A DNA stretch of 63,749 nt, filler included, from an uncultured bacterium (GTDB lineage: Bacteria > CAYJRR01), in the NCBI GenBank assembly GCA_964372275.1. It is 3 parts of 3 records of this genome, joined end to end, with 100 filler letters (N's around TTAATTAATTAA, not from the genome) between each part and the next. Parts side by side here need not be neighbours in the genome. Positions count along the whole stretch, not along the records: positions 31,801 to 63,749 come from CAYJRR010000048.1; 2 more parts are not named here. One strand, given 5' to 3'. The notes below the pieces were generated by a model. It saw only the letters and a program-made list of their open reading frames with translations. It had not been told where the DNA came from and did not search any database. Positions 49,536-59,886 of this stretch are shown here, piece after piece (positions within the stretch are counted from its first letter, which is position 1; each line of letters starts with the position of its first letter). The translations under genes and the position numbers were made by a program.

Positions 49536-51361
49536 CGATCCGCCGCCGTCACGCGAACGACCTCCTCGTAGGTGGTGGCCCCTTGCGCCAGCTTGCGCAC
49601 TGCGGACTCGCGCAAGGTCATCATCCCTTCGGCGATCGCCTCGGCCTTGATCTCGCGCGCGGTCGCCTTGGCGGCGACGAGCTTCGCGAGACGCGGCGTG
49701 GTCGGCAACAGCACGAAGATCCCGGTCCGGCCACGGTAGCCGGTCCCGCGGCATCGCGGGCACCCTTCGCCAACGCGCGCGGTGATCGGGATCGCCGCCT
49801 TGAAGCCGAGCGCGGCGAGCTGCTCCGGGGCGACCGGAGCATCGCGCCCGCAATCGTCGCAGACGGTCCGCAACAGCCGTTGTGCCGCGACGCCGATCAG
49901 CGTCGACGAGATCAGGAAGGGGGGGATCTCGAGGTCGAGCAGACGCGTGACCGCGGAGGCGGCGTCGTTGGTGTGCAGCGTGGAGAGGACCAGGTGCCCG
50001 GTCAGTGCCGCCTGGATCGCGTTCTCCGCCGTCTCCCGGTCGCGGATCTCCCCGACCATGATCACGTCGGGATCCTGCCGAAGCACGTTGCGCAACACGT
50101 TGCCGAAGTTCAGGTCCGACTTCGACTGCACCCCGATCTGGTTGAAGTCGTCGCAGACCATCTCGATCGGGTCTTCGATGGTGGTGATGTTCACTTCCGG
50201 CGAGCTCAAGACCTTGAGCGCGCTGTAGAGCGTGGTCGTCTTCCCCGAGCCGGTGGGACCCGTCACCAGGATCAGCCCGTTCGGACGGGCGATCCACTCC
50301 TGGAACAACTGCAGCTCGCGCGGAAAGAATCCGATCTCCTCGAGGTCCTTGAGCAGCACCTCGGGATCGAAGACGCGCAGCACGACCTTCTCGCCGAACG
50401 CCACCGGCACCGACGAGACGCGCAGCTCGATCTCCTGCTCCTTGAAGGTGGTCTTGATCCGGCCGTCCTGGGGCTTCCGCTTCTCGGCGATGTCCATGCG
50501 CGCCAGCATCTTGATCCGCGAGACGACCGCCTGGTGCACGAGCTTCGGCAGGGTGTAGATGTCGTGCAGCACCCCGTCGATGCGCAGGCGAACCTGGCTC
50601 TGCTCGCGCTTGGGCTCGATGTGGATGTCGCTCGCGCGCTGGTCGAAGGCGTAGTTGAAGAGGTACCACACCGCCTGCACCACCGGCTTGTCGGTCGGGT
50701 CGATCTCGCCGACGCCGCGACCGCGGACGAACTGCTCCAGATTGCCGAGGTCGACGTTCGCGCCGAGGTCGGCCTGGGCCGCCGTGACCGACCGGCGGAA
50801 GCCCCAGAACTCGGTCGCGATCTTGCGGATGTCCTCGTAGGTGGCGACGACCGGTCGGACCGGAAAGCCGGTGATCCGCGGGAGCTGCTCCAGCACGGCG
50901 GTGTCGAACGGGTTGGCCACCGCCACCTTGAGCTTCCCGTCTTCCAGCGCGAGCGGGACGACGAAGTGCTTCTCTGCGAACGGCCCGGAGAGCGTCCGGG
51001 TCACGAAACCGAAGTCGAGCTTCAAGGGGTCGAGTCGTTCGAAGGGGATCCCCGCCTCGCGGGCCAGCGCCTCCGCGATCACCGACTGGTCGACCTCGCG
51101 CAGCGTCGTCGAGCGATCGCTTTTCGTCAGCAGCGGGAGGTGGAACGACGCCACCACCTCCGCGTCGGTGATCTCCGGCATCCGCCTCCGTCCCGTCGCC
51201 TTGACCGCGGCGCGTTGCTCGTTGAGCAGACGGGCGCGTTGGATCCCGGCGCGGCCGAGCACCTCCTTGCGCTGGTCGGGGGTGATCGCCTCCGCCTTGA
51301 CGAGGAGGTCGAGCAGCCGATGGAGCGATGTCTCGGCCGGAACGGGTTGGGGGGTCGCCAT
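49532..51361 (-). CDS. GspE/PulE/PilB-family secretion ATPase
   Basis: ASDIHIEP, GPTGSGKT, TIEDPIE, RQDPDVIMVGEIRD, STLHTN, CxxC..CxxC. Confidence 0.93.
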   Translation of the reverse strand: MATPQPVPAETSLHRLLDLLVKAEAITPDQRKEVLGRAGIQRARLLNEQRAAVKATGRRRMPEITDAEVVASFHLPLLTKSDRSTTLREVDQSVIAEALAREAGIPFERLDPLKLDFGFVTRTLSGPFAEKHFVVPLALEDGKLKVAVANPFDTAVLEQLPRITGFPVRPVVATYEDIRKIATEFWGFRRSVTAAQADLGANVDLGNLEQFVRGRGVGEIDPTDKPVVQAVWYLFNYAFDQRASDIHIEPKREQSQVRLRIDGVLHDIYTLPKLVHQAVVSRIKMLARMDIAEKRKPQDGRIKTTFKEQEIELRVSSVPVAFGEKVVLRVFDPEVLLKDLEEIGFFPRELQLFQEWIARPNGLILVTGPTGSGKTTTLYSALKVLSSPEVNITTIEDPIEMVCDDFNQIGVQSKSDLNFGNVLRNVLRQDPDVIMVGEIRDRETAENAIQAALTGHLVLSTLHTNDAASAVTRLLDLEIPPFLISSTLIGVAAQRLLRTVCDDCGRDAPVAPEQLAALGFKAAIPITARVGEGCPRCRGTGYRGRTGIFVLLPTTPRLAKLVAAKATAREIKAEAIAEGMMTLRESAVRKLAQGATTYEEVVRVTAADR

Positions 51362-51380
51362 CGGCAGAAATTCTCGCGCG

Positions 51381-51413
51381 TCGCGCGCGCCCGGGGGTCT
51401 CCCCAGGCCCTCC
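51381..51413 (+). repeat. REP-like repeat family A, degenerate intergenic copy
   Basis: tcgcgcgcgcccgggggtctccccaggccctcc. Confidence 0.45.
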
Positions 51414-51455
51414 TAAGGATACACCCGACCGGTCCGGGCAACTGGATCGCAACGA

Positions 51456-52805
51456 CTACAACGAGCTTTCGGTCGCGGCCGCGACGCCGCCGCCCGTCGC
51501 TCCACGGACATCGCCCGCGGCGGTTCCGGCGACCCCGGCCGAGAGCGCGGCCGGGACGGCGTCCCCGACCTTCGGCGCGTGCACCCGGCCGGCACCGCCG
51601 CCCCCTCCGGGTCCGTGATTGGATACGCACCCGCCGCCGTTCCCACCGTTCGCCCGGAACTGGCCGGAGAACGCCGAGGCGTCGTAGGTCCACACCGCGA
51701 TCGTCCCGCCGGCGCCACCGCCCCCGGCGCCATCGTTGGCGGCGTCCGCGGCGCTCGCGCCGTTGGCGGAGAGGTAGCCGTTCCCGGCGAGCCGACCGGC
51801 GACGACGAAGACCACTCCGCCTCCGGCGGCGCCGGCGGTGCCGACCGAGTTGTTTTCGCTGCCGGCGCCGCCGCCGGCGCCGAAGAAGAGTCGATAGGCG
51901 GTCCCGGTCACCGCCACCGCCGCACCGGGTCCGCCCCGTGTCGAGGGATCGAGGACACTGAAGGCATAGCCGCCGAACCCACCCGAACCCCCGTTGCCGC
52001 CCCCACCGCCACCGCCGTTCGACGCGTTTCCGCCGCCGCCGGCGTTTCCGCGATTTCCGCGGCCGGCGGTGTCGTAGGAGTAGGGATCGAGACCCTCCCC
52101 TTTTCCTCCCCCGTTCCCGCTCGCAAACAGGTAGTCGAGCCCGGTGACGTTGGAAGCGTTTGTGCCACCGGTACGCTTTCCGCCGCGGAACCCCGCGCCG
52201 TCGGCCCGGATCGATCCGGCGACGAAGAGCTCCTCCTGGACCGACAAGACCAGGAGGCCGCCGAACTCCCCGTTCCAGGCGCTCGCGCGGAGGACGCCGT
52301 TGGAGCCGATGGTCAGGCGATGGTATTCGGGGATGGCGCAGATCTGCGCCCGTTTCATCCCGGCCGAGCCGTACGAGCTCGACAGAGCGCGATCGAACTG
52401 CACCTTCACCGTCGACCCGACGTCGAGCGCCGTCAGGCGCGCGATCTCCCACGCCCCTGCCAAGCCCACCTCTCCAAGGGCCGTCGCATCGCCCGAGACC
52501 GCGCGGTCGTCCTCGCGGACCTGGTGCAGCAGCACCCGATCACCGATCTGGAAAATACCGGCCGTCGCGGCGATCTCGCCGGAGGTCGTCGCCGCGGCGA
52601 TCAGCTTCCGGCAGCCGTCCTGCGAAACGACGGAGGAGACCGTGAGGTCGCCGTCCCGCCCGTCCCCCGGATCGAGCCACGGCGTCGGCGTCGGATCCGG
52701 CAGCGGATCGCCGGCGCCGCCGAAGTCGACCGTCGCCTGGCAGGCAAGGGCCATGACGCCCAGACCCACCGACCCGAGCAGACCCGATCGCACCGGCCCC
52801 GCCAT
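51456..52805 (-). CDS. Glycine-rich adhesin-like lipoprotein (resembles the AgmC N-terminal region)
   Basis: MALAC lipobox; GDGRDGDLTV, GDRVLLHQ, AQICAIPEY, AWNGEFGG, ADGAGFRGG, Gly-rich repeats. Confidence 0.7.
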   Translation of the reverse strand: MAGPVRSGLLGSVGLGVMALACQATVDFGGAGDPLPDPTPTPWLDPGDGRDGDLTVSSVVSQDGCRKLIAAATTSGEIAATAGIFQIGDRVLLHQVREDDRAVSGDATALGEVGLAGAWEIARLTALDVGSTVKVQFDRALSSSYGSAGMKRAQICAIPEYHRLTIGSNGVLRASAWNGEFGGLLVLSVQEELFVAGSIRADGAGFRGGKRTGGTNASNVTGLDYLFASGNGGGKGEGLDPYSYDTAGRGNRGNAGGGGNASNGGGGGGGNGGSGGFGGYAFSVLDPSTRGGPGAAVAVTGTAYRLFFGAGGGAGSENNSVGTAGAAGGGVVFVVAGRLAGNGYLSANGASAADAANDGAGGGGAGGTIAVWTYDASAFSGQFRANGGNGGGCVSNHGPGGGGGAGRVHAPKVGDAVPAALSAGVAGTAAGDVRGATGGGVAAATESSL

Positions 52806-52853
52806 GTGCACCAGTATCGCACGCCCTCGCGACCGCGGTATCATCCGCCGTCC

Positions 52854-55718
52854 ATGTCGACGCGTTCGCGCTCCCGGGGGGACTCCCACCAATCCTCGTC
52901 CGCGTTTTCGCGCTCCCGGGGGGAATCGCCCCAACCCCCTCCCGGTGCGGCCGCGGCGTGCGCGCGACGATTCCATCTCGCGTATCTGGCCGCGCTCCTC
53001 GCCACGGCGGCCTGTTCGAAGGGCGGGCCCAGAGCCCCGATCCCGGCTTCGGCGGGGGGGGCGGTCGGCGCCGACGCCGTCGCGTCCCTCTCACCTGGAA
53101 CGTCCATGCCGAATCCGATCGCCGACCGCTTTGCCTCGATCCAGACGGCCGCCGACGTCGATCGTTTCTGCCAGGGGAAGATCGAAGCGGCCGACTCGAT
53201 CTTGGCGCCGCTCGAGACGCCGGGGATTGCGCGCACCGTCGACGGAGCGCTGACCCGGTTCGATCGCCTGCGGGTGGAGCTGGACGCCGCCGGCAACATC
53301 GCCGCGCTGCTTCGGTCGGTGCATCCGGACGAGGCGGTGCGCAAGGCGGCGGAGGCGTGCGAACAGAAGGTGTCGGCCTTCGCCACCGACCTTTCGCTGA
53401 ACAAGAACGTCTATTCGCTCCTCGCGTCGGTCGACGCCTCCGAGGCCGACGCCTCCACGCAGTACCTCCTCCATCGGACGCTGCGCGATTTCCGGCGCGC
53501 CGGCGTCGACAAGGACGACGAAACCAGGACCAAGATCCGCGCCCTGAACGAAGAGATCGTGCTCCTCGGCCAGAAGTTCGACGAGAACATCCGCAACGAC
53601 GTCCGATCGGTCCAGGTGACGAAGAAGCAGCTCGCCGGCCTTCCCGCCGACTGGATCGAGGCCCACAAGCCGGGTCCCGACGGGAAGGTCCGCGTCACCA
53701 CCGACTACCCCGACCTCCACCCGTTCCTCTCCTACGCGAAGGACGGCAAGGCGAGGAAGGAGCTCTACAAGGCCCAGAAGACGCGCGGCGTGCCGGCCAA
53801 CCTGGCGGTGCTGAAGAAGCTCCTCGCGAAGCGACACGAGCTGGCGAAGCTTCTCGGTTACGAGAGCTGGGCGGCATACGTCACCGAAGACAAGATGATC
53901 AAGTCGGCGAAGAACGCCGCCGACTTCATCGAGAGGATCCGTCAAGCCGCCGAGCGCCGGATGAAGGCCGACCTGGTGACGCTGCTCGCCCGCAAGCGTC
54001 AGGACGACCCGAAGGCGACCGAAGTGTTCGACTGGGAGCGTCTCTACTACGAGGACCGTGTCTCGGCGGAGACGTTCCGGTTCGACGCCCAGTCGGTGCG
54101 CCCCTACTTCGAGTACGACCGGGTCAAGGAGGGACTGTTCGCGGTCACCTCGCGGATGTTCGGCGTCCGCTACGAACGAGCGAGCGGCGCCGCCGCCTGG
54201 AGCCCGGAGATCGAGGTGTTCGACCTGACCGACGAGGTGGGGAACCGGCTCGGCCGCTTCTACCTCGACATGTACCCGCGGCCCGGGAAGTACAAGCACG
54301 CGGCCATGTTCCCGGTCGTCACCGGCGTGGCCCAAGTCCAGCTCCCGGAAGCGGCGCTGGTCTGCAACTTCCCGGCGGCGACCGCGGACTCTCCGGCGCT
54401 GCTCGAGCACGACGACGTCAAGACCTTCTTCCACGAGTTCGGTCACCTGTTGCACCACCTGCTCGGCGGAAACCAGCGGTGGGTCGGCGTCTCCGGAATC
54501 CAGACCGAGTGGGACTTCGTCGAAGCCCCGTCCCAGATGCTGGAGGAGTGGATCTGGGATCCGGCGACCTTGCAGTCGTTCGCGAAACACGTCCAGACCG
54601 GCGAGCCGATCCCGGCGGCGACGGTCGAGGCGATGCGAGCGGCGAGCGACTTCGGGAAAGGGCTGCAGGTGCGACACCAGATGTACTACGCCGCCCTCTC
54701 GCTCCAGCTCTACGACCGCGACCCCACCGGTCTCGACACCACCGCCTTGTCGAAGGAGCTGCAGAACCGCTACAGCCCGTTCCGCTACGTGGAGCGGACG
54801 CACATGGAGGCGTCGTTCGGTCACCTCGACGGCTACAGCGCCATCTACTACACCTACATGTGGTCGCTGGTGATCGCGAAGGATCTGTTCAGCGTCTTCC
54901 AGGCCAACGGACTCCAGGACAGCGGCACGGCGGCGCGCTACCGGAAGCACGTCCTCGGTCCCGGAGGGTCGAAGGAGGCAAGCCAGCTGGTCGAGGAGTT
55001 CCTCGGACGTCCCGTCGCCTTCGGCGCCTTCGAGCGCTGGCTGAACGAGGGGCTGCCGCCGGATCCCGGCGCGACCTCCGTCTCGTCGATGCCGTTCGTC
55101 CTCGCGCCGGCTCCGACGCCGTCCCCCGCGCCGACCCCCTCCCCGGCGCCGTCGCCCTCCCCGGCGCCGACGGCGGCGGCCACGGTCCCCGCCACGGCCG
55201 CGGCCACCGACACCGACGCGACCGCGTCCGCGAGCGCGGCGGCGACCCCGACCGCGGCCCCGGTCGCAAGTTCGGACTCCGCCGCGTCCCCGGGCCCGGT
55301 CGCGACTCCGGTCGTCGCCGCGACGGCGTCCCCGGCCTCCACCGCGGCGCCGGCACCCGAGCCGAAGGCGATCCCCTCCTCGAAACCGGCCCCGACGAAG
55401 ACGGCGAAAGCGGACAAGCCGGTCGCCGCGGACCCCGCCGCGTCCGGCGCGATCGTCACCAAGTACGCCAGCACGTCGGCCTTCGGTCCGGCGAAGGTCG
55501 CGGAGGCGACGAAGGCGGCCAACGGGAAGACGCTCTCGCCGAAGGGGCCTCCCCCCGCGCTCACCAAGGAAGGACAGGTGGTGGTGATGGTGGTCGACCT
55601 TCCCGGAAGCGGCGTTTCATCCTTCCTCTCCAAGCTGCGGAAGGGCGGGGAGGTCGAGATCGGGGAGGTGCCGGGAGGCGAGCGCGTGAAGCTCCGCGTC
55701 GAGGTCCGAAAAAAGTAG
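52854..55718 (+). CDS. M3 (thimet oligopeptidase-like) metallopeptidase lipoprotein with Pro/Ala/Thr linker and small C-terminal domain
   Basis: ATAAC lipobox; FYLDMYPRPGKYKHAA, FFHEFGH, DFVEAPSQMLE, YYTYMWS. Confidence 0.92.
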   Translation: MSTRSRSRGDSHQSSSAFSRSRGESPQPPPGAAAACARRFHLAYLAALLATAACSKGGPRAPIPASAGGAVGADAVASLSPGTSMPNPIADRFASIQTAADVDRFCQGKIEAADSILAPLETPGIARTVDGALTRFDRLRVELDAAGNIAALLRSVHPDEAVRKAAEACEQKVSAFATDLSLNKNVYSLLASVDASEADASTQYLLHRTLRDFRRAGVDKDDETRTKIRALNEEIVLLGQKFDENIRNDVRSVQVTKKQLAGLPADWIEAHKPGPDGKVRVTTDYPDLHPFLSYAKDGKARKELYKAQKTRGVPANLAVLKKLLAKRHELAKLLGYESWAAYVTEDKMIKSAKNAADFIERIRQAAERRMKADLVTLLARKRQDDPKATEVFDWERLYYEDRVSAETFRFDAQSVRPYFEYDRVKEGLFAVTSRMFGVRYERASGAAAWSPEIEVFDLTDEVGNRLGRFYLDMYPRPGKYKHAAMFPVVTGVAQVQLPEAALVCNFPAATADSPALLEHDDVKTFFHEFGHLLHHLLGGNQRWVGVSGIQTEWDFVEAPSQMLEEWIWDPATLQSFAKHVQTGEPIPAATVEAMRAASDFGKGLQVRHQMYYAALSLQLYDRDPTGLDTTALSKELQNRYSPFRYVERTHMEASFGHLDGYSAIYYTYMWSLVIAKDLFSVFQANGLQDSGTAARYRKHVLGPGGSKEASQLVEEFLGRPVAFGAFERWLNEGLPPDPGATSVSSMPFVLAPAPTPSPAPTPSPAPSPSPAPTAAATVPATAAATDTDATASASAAATPTAAPVASSDSAASPGPVATPVVAATASPASTAAPAPEPKAIPSSKPAPTKTAKADKPVAADPAASGAIVTKYASTSAFGPAKVAEATKAANGKTLSPKGPPPALTKEGQVVVMVVDLPGSGVSSFLSKLRKGGEVEIGEVPGGERVKLRVEVRKK
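52865..52945 (+). repeat. REP-like repeat family A, two copies (42-bp period) in the peptidase 5' region
   Basis: ttcgcgctcccgggggga starts at 52865 and at 52907. Confidence 0.7.
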
Positions 55719-55760
55719 GGACGTATCCGCGACCCGGACCGACGCCGACGCCGGCGACGC

Positions 55761-55789
55761 TTGACTTGGGGGGAGCCCCTGTCTATAAC
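55761..55789 (+). promoter_or_regulatory. Sigma70 promoter of the nuo operon
   Basis: TTGACT-N17-TATAAC. Confidence 0.75.
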
Positions 55790-55839
55790 GGCCCTCCCTT
55801 TTGCGCCGGTAAGTCCGCTCGAAACTTGAAGGTTTTGGA

Positions 55840-56238
55840 ATGCGCTACCAGCTGGCCCACGTTCTCCTCTACTTCCTGCTCGGCAGCGGAATCGTCGGCG
55901 CGATCCTGACGGTCGGATGGTTTCTGCGCCCGCGCCGGCCCAGCCACGACAAGCTCTCCACCTACGAGTGCGGCGAAAGACCGGTCGGATCGGGCTGGTT
56001 TCGCCTCAATCTCCGCTTCTACGCGATGGCCCTCATCTTCATCGTCTTCGACGTGGAGCTGGTGGCGATCCTTCCGGTGGCGAAGGTCTACCGGAGCTGG
56101 GTCGGCGCCAACCTCGGGCTGACCGCCTTCGTCGAGATCTTCCTCTTCGTCGTCATCCTCCTCGTCGGCCTGGCCTACGTTTGGCGGAAGGGGGACCTCG
56201 AGTGGTTCAAGCGGATCGCGCGGGAGGAGGCGCCGTGA
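55840..56238 (+). CDS. nuoA: NADH-quinone oxidoreductase subunit A
   Basis: [23 protein letters not shown]. Confidence 0.95.
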   Translation: MRYQLAHVLLYFLLGSGIVGAILTVGWFLRPRRPSHDKLSTYECGERPVGSGWFRLNLRFYAMALIFIVFDVELVAILPVAKVYRSWVGANLGLTAFVEIFLFVVILLVGLAYVWRKGDLEWFKRIAREEAP

Positions 56239-56783
56239 CGCCGGCCGAGGTCCAGGCGCGGGTCAAGGGACGGTTTGGCGACGCGATCGGCGACCTGGTC
56301 GTCACGAACGACCCGGCGAAGGAGCCTCCCAAGGCCTACGAGCAGTGGTTCCCCGTCGCGCGCGACGCGTGGCGCGACGTCGCCGCCTTCCTCAAGAGCG
56401 ATCGCGCGCTCCTGTTCGACGGTCTGATGTGCATCGGATCGCTCGACAACAAGGAGCGGCTGACCGCCGTCTACCTCCTCTACTCCTACACCCACCGCCA
56501 CCGGATCGCGGTCAAGGTCGACGCCCCGCGCGAGGATCCGCGCATCCCGTCGGTGGAGCCGATCTGGAAACACGCCAACTGGATGGAGCGCGAGGAGTAC
56601 GACCTGATGGGGATCGTCTTCGAAGGGCACCCCGATCTCCGGCGCGTGATGCTGCCGGAGGATTGGATCGGCCACCCGCTGCGGAAGGACTACGTGGAGC
56701 CGGAGGAGTACCGCGGGATCCTCACCTGGCGCGAAAACCTGCTGGGCAAGCTCCCCGGGGGAAGCTACGAGGGGGCGTCGTGA
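56235..56783 (+). CDS. nuoC: NADH-quinone oxidoreductase subunit C
   Basis: [32 protein letters not shown]. Confidence 0.95.
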   Translation: MTPAEVQARVKGRFGDAIGDLVVTNDPAKEPPKAYEQWFPVARDAWRDVAAFLKSDRALLFDGLMCIGSLDNKERLTAVYLLYSYTHRHRIAVKVDAPREDPRIPSVEPIWKHANWMEREEYDLMGIVFEGHPDLRRVMLPEDWIGHPLRKDYVEPEEYRGILTWRENLLGKLPGGSYEGAS

Positions 56784-57964
56784 ACCGGTCCGAGCATTCG
56801 CGCTCCGTGGGGGGCCCCCCCCAGATCCCCCCGGTCAACGACAACAACCTGCTCCTGAAGACCGAGGAGATCACCCTCAACATGGGTCCGCAGCATCCGT
56901 CGACCCACGGGGTGATCCGGTTCGTCCTCAAGACCGACGGCGAGATCATCCACTCCTGCGAGCCGGACGTCGGCTACCTCCACCGCGCGATCGAGAAGAT
57001 CGGCGAGAAGGTGGAGTGGCAGTCGTTCATCCCCTACACCGACCGGGTCGACTACCTGGCGGCGATGAACTGCAACTGGTCCTACTCCCGCGCCGTCGAA
57101 GCGCTGGCGGGGATCGAGGTGCCGCGCCGCGCGGAGTACATCCGGGTGATCGTCGCCGAGTTGGGACGGATCATCAGTCACCTGATCGGGAACGGGGCGC
57201 TGGCGCTCGACATCGGTGCGGCGACGCCGTTCACCCATGCCATCCGCGACCGCGAGATGGTGAACGACCTGTTCGAGCGGCTGTGCGGCGCGCGCCTGAC
57301 CTATTCGTACGTCTACCCGGGCGGGGTGGCCTACGACATCCCGCCGGGGTGGATCGAGGACGCGCTCGAATTCCTCGACTACTTCGAGCCGCGGCTCGAC
57401 ACCTTCGACAACCTGATCACCTACAACAAGATCTTCACCCAGCGGCTGTCGGGCGTGGCGGTGATCGATACCGACACGGCGATCGACTACGGCCTGGTCG
57501 GACCCAATCTCCGCGGCAGCGGCTTCCGCTTCGACCTGCGGCGCGACGAGCCGTACGGCGTCTATCCCGAGCTCGAGTTCGACGTGCCGGTGGGGCGCGG
57601 TGAGATCGGACGCTTGGGCGACTGTTGGGACCGCTTCTCGGTTCGAATGCACGAGATGCGGCAATCGATCCGGATCCTGCGGCAGGCGCTGAAGAAGATC
57701 CCAGACGGCCCCTACAAGGCGAAGGTGAAGCGGATCCTGAAGCCGCCGAAGGGGGAGGTCTACGTGCGGTCCGAGAACCCGCGCGGCGAGATGGGGTTCT
57801 ACCTCGTCAGCGACGGGACGCAGAACTCGGTCCGCACTCGAATTCGGACCGGATCATTCTCCGCGATGGGGATCTTTCCGCGGGTGGCCAAGGGTCTGAT
57901 GGTCGCCGACCTGATCGCGGTGATCGCATCGCTCGACATCGTCGCCCCGGAGATCGACCGCTGA
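56780..57964 (+). CDS. nuoD: NADH-quinone oxidoreductase subunit D
   Basis: [31 protein letters not shown] end; no NiFe CxxC. Confidence 0.95.
   Translation: MNRSEHSRSVGGPPQIPPVNDNNLLLKTEEITLNMGPQHPSTHGVIRFVLKTDGEIIHSCEPDVGYLHRAIEKIGEKVEWQSFIPYTDRVDYLAAMNCNWSYSRAVEALAGIEVPRRAEYIRVIVAELGRIISHLIGNGALALDIGAATPFTHAIRDREMVNDLFERLCGARLTYSYVYPGGVAYDIPPGWIEDALEFLDYFEPRLDTFDNLITYNKIFTQRLSGVAVIDTDTAIDYGLVGPNLRGSGFRFDLRRDEPYGVYPELEFDVPVGRGEIGRLGDCWDRFSVRMHEMRQSIRILRQALKKIPDGPYKAKVKRILKPPKGEVYVRSENPRGEMGFYLVSDGTQNSVRTRIRTGSFSAMGIFPRVAKGLMVADLIAVIASLDIVAPEIDR
56784..56833 (+). repeat. REP-like repeat family A, copy in frame in the nuoD N-terminus
   Basis: accggtccgagcattcgcgctccgtggggggccccccccagatccccccg; possible inverted partner at ~56748-56778. 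Confidence 0.55.
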
Positions 57965-57965
57965 C

Positions 57966-59306
57966 ATGAACGAGCTCGCCGCCTACCTGGTGGAGAAGGG
58001 GGTCCCGCCGTTCGCGACGTTGGGGACCGGCCTTTCGACCTTTCTCCTGGTCTTCGGCGTCGCCTTCTTCCTGCTGATGGGGTTCTTCATGCCGCTCGGC
58101 GGCCTGATGACCTACGTCGAACGGAAGATCGCCGCCTTCACCCAGAGCCGCATCGGGCCGAACCGCGTCGGGCCGATCGGCCTGCTCCAGTTCCTGGCCG
58201 ACGGGGTGAAGCTGATCCTCAAGGAGGACATCCTCTCCAAGGACGTCGACACCATCCTGTTCAAGGCCGCCCCCTACGCGGTCGTCGGCGGCGCCTTCCT
58301 GGTGATGATCGTGCTGCCGCTCGGGCCGAACCTCGTGCCGGTCGACATGGACTTGGGGATCCTCGTCTATCTCGCCGCCAGCTCCTTCGTGACGATGGGG
58401 ATCGTCATGAGTGGGTGGGCGTCGAACAACAAGTGGTCGACGATGGGGGCGGCGCGCTCGGTGGCGCAGATCGTCTCCTACGAGATCCCGGTGGGGCTGT
58501 CGCTCCTCCCGGTGGTGCTGCTCACCGGATCGCTCTCGTTCCAGACGATGACGACGATCCAGGGGTGGGCGCCGTGGCAGTGGAACATGTTCCACAACCC
58601 CGGGCTGTTCCTCTGCGCCTTCTGCTACTTCATCGCCGCCCTGGCGGAGATCAACCGCACCCCGTTCGACATCCCGGAGGCCGAGTCGGAGCTCGTCTCC
58701 GGCTACAACACCGAGTACTCGGGGATGCGCTTCGGGATGTTCTTCATGGCGGAGTTCGCCAATGTGGTGGTGATCTCGATCATCACCGTGATCGCGTTTG
58801 CCGGCGGGTGGCACTTCCCGGGGGAGACGGCATTCCTGGCGACCTACTTCGACGGAGCCCATCCGACCTTCGTGCAGGCGATCGACGCCGGGAAGGTCGT
58901 CCCGTTCGTCGCCTTCCAGGCGATCGGACACGCGACGCTGATGGCGAAAGCGTCGGTGCTGGTGGTGTTGGTCGTCCTGCTCCGCTGGACGCTCCCGCGG
59001 GTCCGGGTCGACCAGTTGATGAATCTCTGCTGGAAGTACCTGGTGCCGACGACGATCGCGGCGACGGTGCTCACCGGAGCGTGGATGATCCCGGGGTGGA
59101 CCGAGGGTCTGAGCTGGAGTCCGACCGGCGGAGGCTGGCCGGAGCGCGGACCGGCCTGGCTGCAGGGGCACCGTTCGTTCGTGCCGTTGGCGGCGCTGAT
59201 GCTCGTTTTCGCCGCCCGCGCCTGGCGCGACAGCCGCGAACCGTGGGCGCCGGCGCGCCGCCGCGCCGGCCGACCCGCGAACCTGGAGGCCGCGCATGGC
59301 CGCTAG
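57966..59306 (+). CDS. nuoH: NADH-quinone oxidoreductase subunit H
   Basis: ERKI..RIGPNRVG, ADGVKL, SNNKW, RTPFDIPEAESEL, PRVRVDQ. Confidence 0.95.
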   Translation: MNELAAYLVEKGVPPFATLGTGLSTFLLVFGVAFFLLMGFFMPLGGLMTYVERKIAAFTQSRIGPNRVGPIGLLQFLADGVKLILKEDILSKDVDTILFKAAPYAVVGGAFLVMIVLPLGPNLVPVDMDLGILVYLAASSFVTMGIVMSGWASNNKWSTMGAARSVAQIVSYEIPVGLSLLPVVLLTGSLSFQTMTTIQGWAPWQWNMFHNPGLFLCAFCYFIAALAEINRTPFDIPEAESELVSGYNTEYSGMRFGMFFMAEFANVVVISIITVIAFAGGWHFPGETAFLATYFDGAHPTFVQAIDAGKVVPFVAFQAIGHATLMAKASVLVVLVVLLRWTLPRVRVDQLMNLCWKYLVPTTIAATVLTGAWMIPGWTEGLSWSPTGGGWPERGPAWLQGHRSFVPLAALMLVFAARAWRDSREPWAPARRRAGRPANLEAAHGR

Positions 59307-59886
59307 CGCCGGATATCTCGCACCGGTCGTCGACGCCTTGCACTCGACGCTCAAAGGGCTGATCGTCACCGTCCGCACCTGGTGGCGCGATCCGAAGCAG
59401 ACGGTGCAGTACCCCGACGTCGACATCCGAACCGGCGAGCTGCGCGCCAAGGCGCGAGGGCTCGCGGCGATGCTCTACGGCGACCTGCCGATGAACAAGG
59501 CGGCGGGGTACGACGGGCGGCTGTCGATGCGGATCGCCGACCGCTACCGCGGGATCCTGAACGTCGACATCGAGATCTGCACGGCGTGCCTGGCCTGCTC
59601 GCGCGCCTGCCCGATCGACTGCATCCAGATCGACACCCAGAAGATGGGGAAGGAGCTGAAGCTCCAGCGCTTCGACATCGACGTCGCGCTCTGCATGTAC
59701 TGCGGGCTGTGCTCGGTCCCCTGCCCGACCGGCGCCATCCACCACACCAAGGAGTTCGAGGCGTCGACCACCGACTTCCCCGACCTGATCCGCCGATTCG
59801 TCGACCAGGACCGGATCGCCTACCGGGCGAAGAAGCTGAAGGCGCCGCTCGGGGTCGATCCGCCCCCGGAGGCGCCCAAGGCATGA
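59296..59886 (+). CDS. nuoI: NADH-quinone oxidoreductase subunit I
   Basis: TVQYP; CTACLACSRACP and CMYCGLCSVPCP. Confidence 0.93.
   Translation: MAASAGYLAPVVDALHSTLKGLIVTVRTWWRDPKQTVQYPDVDIRTGELRAKARGLAAMLYGDLPMNKAAGYDGRLSMRIADRYRGILNVDIEICTACLACSRACPIDCIQIDTQKMGKELKLQRFDIDVALCMYCGLCSVPCPTGAIHHTKEFEASTTDFPDLIRRFVDQDRIAYRAKKLKAPLGVDPPPEAPKA

Noticed and set aside
56780-57964. NuoD-like subunit as a group 4 NiFe hydrogenase large subunit
   Set aside because: No N- or C-terminal CxxC nickel ligands; it has the quinone-site motifs of NuoD.
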